Assembly: GCF_009914755.1 (NCBI RefSeq)
Contig: NC_060926.1
DNA length: 64,000 nt
Source: the human T2T-CHM13v2.0 reference genome, Homo sapiens
Reading direction: 5' to 3' (one strand)
Each line of letters starts with the position of its first letter. Positions within the stretch are counted from its first letter, which is position 1. The notes below the pieces were generated by a model. The model had not been told where the DNA came from and did no database searches. It saw nothing but the letters and a program-made list of their open reading frames with translations. Position numbers and translations under genes: made by a program. Below, in pieces: positions 53,260 through 64,000 of the stretch.

Positions 53260-55383
53260 AGCTCAGCAGGGCTGTGCTTGCCTCACAGGAATAGTCAGGT
53301 CTTCCCAGATTATCTGAAGGCCCTGGGGATTCCACTCCAGTAAAGTAGAATGAAGGATACAAATGATAAAAATTACACTTTTTTTTTTGGTTTATTCCCC
53401 AGTATTAAAAACAAAGCAAGCTGAGTCTGAACAAATGGATCTTTCTGCCATCATTTGTACAATGCTGAGCTGTCTGGATTGAAATAAAATGACCATTTTT
53501 ATGTATGTCAAAGGTATAACAGCATAACTGTGTAGCCAAAACAAAATCAGATTAAGACTGATTCAGAAAAATCTGGGATCTTTCTCAGGAATACTGTATA
53601 CCCTTGGGATTTCTCCTCCTGCAGAATCTGTGGCATTGGATGTTCTTCATTGCCTGTGCTAAGGGGTTAACCTCATGGCCCAGTGGGTACCCTAGCCCCT
53701 CCTTTTCTTCCACTTGTATGAAGAGGAGGGAACCAACATTTAAATACCACACTTAACCATTTTTACAATTATTTCAGATGGCTTTTTTCCTCTGTGACAC
53801 TGTAAATTCTGCATTCTCTCAGCACTTGAGTGCACCAAACGAGTGAATGCTGAACTCACTTGCATCCCTTCATGTTTCTGTTTGTGGATTATAAGGATGA
53901 TGAAATGTGAAAGTCTCCCAACACTCTGAGGGTGGTGAACGATTGCCACCCGTTTGATTTTAATGTGCTGCTGCATGAGACTGCATTGTTGCTAATGGCC
54001 AGTGTACCCAGATGTGAAGTGTGGTAGGCTGGTTCATATGTGGAGGTGGGTGTGTGAAGCTAGACACGAAGGTCCCTAAGGTTCTGAAGAGACTTGAACT
54101 GTGGAAATGCTCTTAGCAGGCATCCCGAACCCCTGCTTCGGTGCTGTTTTGAGGAGTAGGATCTTGGAGTTCAGACCAACTATGACTATCATTTCCTTCA
54201 CTATCTAGAAAAACGCTATTCTACTTTGGAAGAGAATAGTAGTTATTTTCAAGTCTCCTGACAGTCACTGGGAGTACAAGGTTTGCTAATGTGCTCTCTG
54301 GACGTTATTAATGGCCAGTATTAGTTGCTGCTGTATTACTGACTCGCTTAGCTGTAGAAAGGGTAATACTCTCCTGATTTTGTATGATTGGACTCTTAAG
54401 TAGCTGCTGTTAGTCAGAATTAAAACCCATCTCAGACTAAGAATATAATGAATAAGATTAATAGGCCAAAATATGTATCTAATCACATTGATAAAAATTA
54501 ATATAACTGACACAATAAAACACATTTCCCCCATCTGTACAATAAATACAGCTTCAAATTCAGTGGAGTCTGTAGGGCAGATAACTTTAATCATCACTAC
54601 TGTAGTCAGTATAAGAAATGCTGAAAAAAATCCAGGAGGGCTTGTCTCTTTGTGGGTGGTCACTGTGATGTTGGGCCAGCTCCTGTTCAGGTCCAGAGCT
54701 GCTAACGTGGGTTCTACTCAGTCCCAGTGACTTGGCCAGAATAGAGCTTTGCCAGGTAACTGCCCTGTGCTAGGTGAAAGGGGAAAAGCAGTAGCTGGAT
54801 ATATTTCAAATGAGGTTTTGAACAAGTTCAGAAAGTGGAACTTGATTGAAAAGTGAACAAGTGTAGTAGTGTGTGAGAAAATTCAGATGGTGTCGGATGC
54901 AGAAGTTAATATTCCACTTAATGTTATCTGAGCATTAAAAATCATCAGCATTTAACTGAGACCCCACTATAGAGTTTCCTTATCAAGACTTTTTGGTTTT
55001 AAAGTTGTTTTTAATGCATTGCAAGTTACAATAGCTATTTTGCTTTTAGATTTTTCCCAGCACTTTGTATTTATTAGCTTTCATTAACTTGCCTCCAGTA
55101 TACATTCCACTTCGTGCTTTTCTTAGGTCATTTCTACATCCCTTATTCCTTGTTTTCCTGCAGTGTAATGGCCCTGAATGTCCTCTGAGCCTTCAGCTCC
55201 ATTATGGACCCAAACTAGACTATACTTGGATAAGTTAAGCTCTTCTTCGTGTACTGGTCTATAATTAGAAAAACTGTTTTAAATTAGATGTTCCCATTAT
55301 TTATTTAAACAGCTTTTTGCTGAGAAAGCTTAGTGGATTAATGAGGCAGAGGGTGTTTTGAAATCCAATAAATAGTTCCCACA

Positions 55384-55689
<306 letters not shown>

Positions 55690-58056
55690 TCACCACTACA
55701 GAAGCAGGGAAGACAACTATGCAGAAAACAGAGTTAGTGGCGGTCAGCAGGAATGCAGCTGGTCTTTTGGACCCCTACGGGATGGGGGCAGTGCAGAAGA
55801 CACTGGTGAAGTCCTTTATACTGAAGACCTGTGGTTGGGAGCAGGGGTAGTCCATGGGTCTGCTGATTTTTTTTCCCTATTTAGTACTAATGTGTGTGTG
55901 ATCTTTGTTTTACAAACAGTACCTTTTGGGTTTTCTGCATATTTTATAATTTTTGTACAGTTTTGAATTCTATAGATTGTCTTGGAAGGATACTGTGTGA
56001 TGGGTCAGGCACACAGTAATTGGAGACTTTTAATGTATGTAATATTTCATAGATTGCATGCTATTAATCATCTGTGAGGGTAGTATTTTTTGTTTTATTG
56101 TAAGTTTCCCTCTTTTTTTATAAATTAAAAGATGGTTGGTATTAGGAATTTCAAATGAATGCAGAAAATCTTACATGCTGTGTACTATTAATATTATAAC
56201 AGACGATCCAAGTCCAAAATCTGACCAATAAAGCAACCATTTTATCAAGATAGAGGGATTCTAATGGGAGAGGGGATTCTTCCCTCCTGAAGTTTGTGTG
56301 TCCAGTCCCCTTAAAAAAAATGAATAGTTGTCTTTTCTTGTCATATTAATACTCGAAAGTCCATGGTGGTATTAATGAAAGTACACTTTATTGTTGCCTT
56401 TGAACTTACGGCCAAGGCAATAAATCAGAAACAAAAATAGTGCCAATGTGTCAAAATCGACATCTGAGAGATTCAGCCTCCCATTTGGAATAAATATGAA
56501 TCTTCTAAGCTATCTTGTTTAATATTTTCCATCATTTAGCTACTTCCTATCTCCCTCAGAGGCGCCTGCTGTTCCCATTTTAGAGTTGACAGTGGCCTGC
56601 TAATTTTGCTATGTTCCTAAAAGTTACTGGGTGTGAGACATTTTCATCCCCTCCTTTTTCCTACTGCTGGTGTTTATTATCCAGCTAGACAATATTTTAT
56701 GCATATTTACCGTGATGTCTGGACCGTACCTGTGCTCCTTGGCAGTTTATGTTGAAGATAACTAAAGATTTTTCTCTTTGGGAGGCATCAAAATGATGGT
56801 AGTTTGCTTTTATCTTTTTATGTTCATTTTCTTTTAGTAGGTGACCTTTCTGCATTAAGAACTGTTTTTATCTTTTACTACCTTTTCTTTTCTCCTTTGT
56901 GGAGACAGCATGACATGTCCTGAAGGTCACCTTTGCCTTTGAAAAAGGTTTGATGGAGGAATTCACAGGTGACTGACAAGTCTTTGAAAAGAATGGGATC
57001 TGCTCACTTCTGGTCTTTTTGGCCGGGAACTCCTGATTGGTGTTAAGGTGGTAATTTCCCCCATATAAGATTTAGAATCACTGAGTTTGAGCTAGATGAA
57101 ATTTTTAAAATTTCTGGTTGTCTCATTAGACTGATGAGGTGAGTTTTCTTCTTCATATGAACAGCTAGTTAATAACAGCAGAGTTCTCACTCAGTGCTCA
57201 GTACTTAATTTTCCACTGCACCACAACTGTCTTAACTAAATGTGCTGTATTTTTCTTTAAAAGTTAAGAGTTCTATTTGGTGTTTTCAGGAATATACGTG
57301 AAAAGACATGCCATGTTTTGGTAAATACCATCAGAGTTGTGTAAAGGCGTGTACTAAGTGCAATCTTAATTTGTGGAAATAATCTTCATTTACCCCTCCT
57401 AAAACTACACTCAGTATAAACACTTTCCCATAAGGTGTGTGCAGTAAAAATGTTATATTACTCCAACACTGGCAGGAGCACAGCACAGCAGCCTTATTGG
57501 AGAGAGCCTTATAAAAGTGATTAAATGGAGGCATTGAGCTCATTACCTTTAAGTTTACTTTGTGCTGACCTTTGTTCCTGTTTTGAGAATCTCATATAAT
57601 TATTAAAAAAAAAAAACAATTAAAACGAAACGGCGGGGCCTAGCTGTGTATAAATGATCCTTGCTGAATATCTTAAGGTTTTTTGTAAGAAAAAAGAAAA
57701 ACCAACAAAAAAAGCTTATTTTCACATTAAAATGAAACCTCTTTTGCAACTTAAGAATTCTATGGAAAAGCAGTTTTTATCATATTTTGTGTCCATGCAC
57801 CATTTTTCTTAAAATGGCTTACAAAAAAGAATGTAAACAATTTGTGATCTGGCCAGTTGTACTTTTAGCTCCCAGAGGGAGAGTTGGTGGTATTATGAGT
57901 TGAGTAAAAACCATCCAGGGGAACTTGAGGGAGCAGTCTGTTGCCAGTAATGTTCCTTGTGTGCCATTAAACCACCTCCAGATGAGTGGAGGAACATCAC
58001 TTTTTAATTTTTTAATTGTATTTGGAATTGTTGCCGTGTACTAAGAACTTGACCTA

Positions 58057-58062
58057 AATAAA
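58057..58062 (+). terminator. ABI2: Probable distal poly(A) signal of ABI2
   Basis: AATAAA with upstream TGTA motifs and a downstream GT/T-rich element (ggtgtcttgttaacttattt). Confidence 0.7.
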
Positions 58063-59094
58063 ATCCCACAAAGTATATTCAGGTGTCTTGTTAACTTATT
58101 TATATAAATAACCTCTTTTTCTAAGGTGGTATCTTGAGTTTACGTGTTAGGGATAATCTGACTTTTCTGTTGCTCTAAACCAGGGAGCTGCCTTTTATTA
58201 CTGAAGAAGTCGTCTTTTTAAATTTTCAAAGATTTAAAATGTTGAGCTTTAAATTTGATCTCAAGTTTCTTCCCTGAAGACAGCTGTTCTAATTAAGAAC
58301 TTTCTAATCCTGTTTTTGCTCCACTCGCACCTGGGGTTTTCTTACCACTTTTCTCCAAATCTAATTCTGTTAATGTACAGTTTTTTTAATTCAACAGACA
58401 AACACTGAAGATGGGTGTTGACTAAAAAATATTGCAGACTGGTCAGAAGTGAATCTAAAAGACAAACCACTAACTAGCCTGTGCTTTGTTGCTATGAGAG
58501 CCTAGATTATAAAAGAATTTTCTAATGATGTATCTGAGGGTAGCAAGTAAGTTTGTCTTCACAATACCCAAAATGATGTTTCAGCTTTTCTCACTTTTCA
58601 AGCCCATCTTATTTCCTCTGTACCTTTATTATTTTGGTATCATTAGGTAAGGTGAAGAATAATGTAGGAAACAAATACCCAGCTAAAACATTTATGGGTT
58701 TCTCGTATTTGTGAATAGGATTTTAGGCGTCAGAGCAGTCTTGTCTTGTCTCAAAGATAGATAGTATCCAATCTTTTGTTAATAAGCCTATTGCTTGACT
58801 TTTTTGGGTTACTTTGGAATTACACATTTGGTTGAACGGCTTTGTGGATCTGGGGCATATGCCAATTAAGGGGCACATGCCATGCGTTCTGTTTTCCTGT
58901 CAGCCTGTGTACACTGCTGCTTCTGAAGGCATAAGTACAGGTGCAGTTTCCACAACCACGTATGATTGACAGATGGTGAACGAAAGGGGAAGGCTTCCAC
59001 TTTTTTTGCCCTAGTTTGGTACATAATAAAGTGATTGCAAACACATTATACATTTATACATACCTTCACATGGCAGTCCAACACGTAATTGTGA

Positions 59095-59486
<392 letters not shown>

Positions 59487-59607
59487 GAGAAGAAAAGTCT
59501 TTCTTTAAAAGCTGTTGTCACTTAATCACCAATGTATTTAATGGCCAAATTTCCCTAGTTGGTATAAACTACTCTTAAAAGTTAACAAATTGAACATATC
59601 AAACTAG

Positions 59608-59613
59608 TTTATT
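59608..59613 (-). terminator. Minus-strand poly(A) signal (second candidate at 59747-59752)
   Basis: TTTATT on the + strand. Confidence 0.55.
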
Positions 59614-59933
59614 TACCACACTTAATTTCTTCTGTGTATGGCCTATGTTTTGGGTACCCTGACATGAAATGCAAAACCAGATTCTTAATGGTGCCGATCC
59701 ACAAACACTCAAAGTCCCCATGTTTAAATGAAATCTATGAATTTTTTTTATTAAGGATTTGATAAGCTGATATAATGAAAACATGTAAATGAAAAACATT
59801 TACACTGACTGTACGACTAGTGTGCTAAGCCATTACAATAGTTTACTGACATAACTGGCAAGAGTAACTTGGAAAATAACTTAATCCAGCAGAACAAAAA
59901 CATCCTCAGAAAAACATCCTCAGTAGTACTGAA

Positions 59934-59990
59934 TATATCTCTCTCATATATCTATCTATCTATCTATCTATATATATATATATATATATA
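59934..59990. repeat. (TCTA)n(TA)n microsatellite
   Basis: Directly visible. Confidence 0.93.
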
Positions 59991-61158
59991 GCTTTGCACA
60001 ATCAGGGAGCAAGGCACATAATGAAATGAGCATACATTTATGCAGAAGAAAATAATAGCAACAAAGCTGCGAGAAAAATTGTAACTTCATCTTCACTGAG
60101 CTGTGCATAATCCTTTGAATAATAATGTCCTCTACCTGGTACATTATAATGAAGTTCCTTGTCTTCTTCATGCTTTAAAAAAGTATACTTCTACATTGTA
60201 TCTACCTATGGCAAAGCTCCCACAGCCTACAAGTTGGTGTGAGCCTTGACTCTTGTTTTTTAAAGAACTGAGGGAGGGAGCAATCCCAGTTAAATATAAT
60301 GTGCAATTCCCCTTTAACAGTAAACAATGTTTTTAAAACACTTAGCACAAGCTAATTTTATCTTAAATGTACATCTCTGTAAGAGTTCACTAGTGGCTGA
60401 TAGTAAAATGAAGCAAAATTGTTTGAAACATTCCAGTTAATGCTTATTTTCTAGAAGGGGTTATTTTACAAGTAGCAAAAAAAAAAAAAAAAGTAGGAGG
60501 TGGGGAAATAATATGAAAAACGGCAGTTTTTGGTATTAGGTTACAATAAATTTAACGAATGGACAGTTTGCAAAATATAAGGGTTTCTCCCCCTTTAGTG
60601 CTGCAGACAAGTTTTACTGCCTAAGACGTTGAGGCTGCAACAATCATGAGCTTGGTATTAGTAGCCATCCATGATAAACATAATTAATTCTCAACTTAAC
60701 CATCTATAAAATATGTAGTGTTCACCATCACCCTGACTCAATTCACTTCTCTAAATGTCTTTGGTAGAAAGCAGCCAGACCCCACGTGGGTAGTGATGTC
60801 TCTTGTGAGACACTTTTCATTTCTGCCAAAACTAGAAATACCACCTTCCTTTACTTTCATTAGCACCTCAAAGTTTGCTTGCTGGATTTCTTTAAAAATA
60901 TTCTGCCAAAAGAGTTGAAGGCACTGGGGGTTTACAGCAAGTATTTTCTCTTTAAAACGGTTTATTACTTCAACAAGCAAAGAGCAAACCAACTGGAGAA
61001 ATGTATGTTTTTTCTTTTTATTTATCAAGTTTTATTCTACAGCTAAATTTCAGATTTCTTTTACATATAGACCTTGCAAGGGCACGGTAAGAACTGAGCA
61101 CTTGTTTTATTTGAGGGATAAAGGTGTAGAAATTTTCTCTTTGAATTTTATAAGGAAA

Positions 61159-61293
61159 GGCTGGGTACAGTGGCTCATGCCTGTAATCTCAGCATTTTGG
61201 GAGGCTGAGGCAGGAAGATCACTTGTGGCCAGGAGTTTGAGACCAGCCTGGGCAACACAGTGAGACCCCCATCTCTACCAAAAAAAAAAAAAA
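61159..61293 (+). mobile_element. Free left Alu monomer (FLAM-like)
   Basis: Single monomer plus A tail. Confidence 0.88.
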
Positions 61294-64000
61294 CCTTAAA
61301 AGATAATAAGTATCTAATTCTTTTATACTTGCATTTCTCTTTGGATCAAATCTCAACTTTGTGAGAGGTCATACATTTCTACAGGGTTAGGAGTACCCTG
61401 CATAATTTATACAAATGTAAAGTGTATATTAAAAAAAAAAAAGTGAAAGTTACCTGCAATCTAAAGGGTTTTCTTCCCCTAGAAACAGTCACCCTCTCGT
61501 CAAGTGTATGACCCAATTATACCTATTTTATGAAAAGCAAGGCATCACATTGATAACCATACAGGATCCTATGGGTTTAACTGGTCTAAACTTGAGTGGA
61601 TTAAATCAGTTGTAATTAGTTAGCTCTGTAGGTATATGAAAAACTTTTGGTAATGTACAAAAATAGGAATGGGTTTTTTACCTGTTTAAAGTCACTTTGT
61701 GTTTATAACAAAATTACTTTTAGCTGAGGAACAAAGGTGACAAAGATTTCTGTTGGTGGCTGAGAGTCAAAGCAGGCCAATCCACACCATTACCTGAAAT
61801 ATTTTTCAGGCTAATTTATAACTTTATGGATTTCCTCGATACAAGTTTATTAGTTTATTCTCCATATACAAGTTTATTCTCCCAGAATAGCAGCAAATAA
61901 AACTTGAATTGGATGTACAGCTCCTAATAACCTTGATGTCAGAGTTGTCACTTGGTTGGAATTATTATGATCCCCCAATTTAAATTTTCTTGATAAACTC
62001 AGCGTTGTTTGTTTTCAGTGACAAGAAAACATACATGGAAAGGGGACCCAAGACAGTTCACCAAGATAGTTCACAGCCCTTTGCAGGATATGCCTTTGGT
62101 GGGTGGGAGCACCTAGATTTTAGAGGACTATAAAACGCCATGTTTACTTTGTTTGAAATTTTCTGATGAAAAGTCTTTTGTAACTTAACATTCCACATTT
62201 TCATTTAAAAAGTCCCAGAAATATAAACTATCCAATTTACAACTAAGGTGGGTATCTGTAAAAACCTTAAGAATAGTTACTCTTCCCAAGAGAATTACAG
62301 CGTCTAAGGGGGGGAAAGAAAGCATCTGAGCAGTAAAAGTCAAGCTGGTAAAATCCAATACAGAATATCTAATAAACCATAAGTTATTTTACTGAGAATA
62401 GATTCTGCTGCCCTACAGCATTGGTGCCAAAACTCTAAGCATAGAGTGATTCTACTTTGAAATTATCCATAGTAGAAATTAAGAGTGTCACTAATTAAGC
62501 AAGTCACTACCTCTAATAAGCACCTGTTTGCACTGCCCTCAGCAGCAGGATGAGTTAATCCATGCTGTTCACTTTTCAGTACAGCCAAGTCAACTGCACA
62601 GACTTGAAGCAGCCAAGCTGGGTGAGAGCTGCAGAGCAGAGGGCAGTGAAAGAAGGCACAGTACTAGTGTCGTGCGGCAGTAGATGCTTTCCATGAATAC
62701 ACCAGAGAAAAAGAGCTACAGAAATACAGTCTAGGAAAAGCTACATCCCAACAAAAATCCAAATTAAAGAAAACCCACTAGGGAGTAAAACAGAAGTATA
62801 AAGTATCACTTTAGTGGTTTTTTAAATTCAGTTCATACATGAGGTTAAAACATTTTTAATAGCCATTTCTGTCTGTGGAGGAATGTAAAGGGAAATGGCC
62901 TGTTGTCGGACAAGCCACTGGACTGGGGTTAAAATGACAGTCTCCTCCTCTAGCCTTACTCTCTTCCTGGCATCATTAGTGTTCAAAAGGATGTCTGCTA
63001 TTCCAGGAAAACAGACCAGAAGCATCTGTTCAGGATGGCTATCATCAGGATTGATACAAGCAAGAAATTCCAAGAAATCCTGCACTGAAAACATAAAGGC
63101 TGTTGTTTTAGGGCTCAAATCATGGGTGAAAAAAGGTTAGCGGGTACATTTTTTCCCCCTCAAGAAAAACTGAAGTGTTGTCTACCTTCTCATGAGAAAA
63201 TCACCACCACAATAAAACTCAAAACCTCAGGGATGAATACTTTGATAACTGGATTCATATTCTTACTAACTCTAACCCACAAATATGGGTGCCCCTCAAA
63301 CTATAAAACTGCAGGCAGAAGACTATGAGAAATTCATTCATGAATCACAGTAGCGCTTGGCAATCTACTCAAACATTACCCAAATTTCTGTGCATGCTTA
63401 AATTAACAATGCAGATGTGTTAAAGATCACTTCATAAATATCAAACACAAAACTTGGTGAACAATTTGAAAGACCTAAAAATTAATGGTATATATTCTTA
63501 TTGCTCCATAACCACATGAACATAACCGAACAATATTCTGGAGATGTAGCAATGGAGAGGTGCTGTTCACTCTCTGTTTACGATGCGGTTTTCGTGGAGT
63601 GTGGGTTATGCAAGACCTTGAGTATACTGTACTAATTAAGCACTTTTGCTCATTCTAGAATTATTTACCATCTCTTCCCCCACTTTACTGGCATCACTTT
63701 TTCCTTGTGGGACAATGTCAACTGATTTCTGCAGTTTGCATTGGTAATCATTAACAATAGGCACAGACTTTCATTACAAGATGTGCTCCCCTTATAAGTG
63801 CTGGGATGGCCCATTTTTATTCTCTTGTTTAGGAGCTGCTCTGAGATTGTTTTATTCCTAATAGTCCAATTTATCATAAGTTGATGAGAGTACTTATTTC
63901 TCTCATGTACCAAGGAAAATTCACAGAAAAAAGCATATAGAAGTATAGTGTGTCGTTAGAGCACTGACTCCACGTTATACCAAACTGCACACGCATAAAA

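Larger units (their letters stand above)
59590..64000 (-). other. RAPH1: Probable 3' UTR of convergent neighbour RAPH1 (lamellipodin); CDS outside the window
   Basis: Minus-strand AATAAA (TTTATT at 59608 and 59747); repeat-poor sequence that is U-rich on the minus strand; gene identity from recalled ABI2-RAPH1 tail-to-tail arrangement at 2q33, not from coding evidence. Confidence 0.65.

Noticed and set aside
54286-54730. Antiparallel ORFs in the ABI2 3' UTR
   Set aside because: No recognisable domain; expected by chance
59896-59923. 14-bp direct repeat aaaaacatcctcag x2
   Set aside because: Ordinary slippage duplication
62828-63328. ORFs near the window end as possible RAPH1 coding sequence
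   Set aside because: No proline-rich lamellipodin C-terminal peptide; consistent with UTR

Overview
Human genomic DNA (Alu-dense, with a human-specific AluYb8-type copy) containing the 3' part of ABI2 (Abl interactor 2, a WAVE regulatory complex subunit) on the + strand. Ten coding exons run from the HHR/WAVE-complex region (6077) through an 18-nt microexon and Ser/Pro-rich exons to the SH3 exon (stop at 53259), followed by a ~4.8 kb 3' UTR. The last ~4.4 kb is probably the 3' UTR of the convergent neighbour RAPH1; this rests on recalled synteny plus minus-strand poly(A) signals, as no coding sequence is visible. Nearly all ORFs in the supplied track are Alu or low-complexity artefacts. Most notable observations: (1) a 263-bp non-Alu inverted duplication (32805-33067 / 33697-33959; 15 mismatches, no indels), one copy of which splits an Alu; (2) three polypyrimidine-AG|GTGAGT recursive-splice-like junctions, one being the start of a coding exon; (3) a 76-nt frame-switching/poison exon at 1924-1999; (4) several perfect palindromes and template-switch signatures. 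Repeat boundaries and subfamily calls were made by eye and are approximate.
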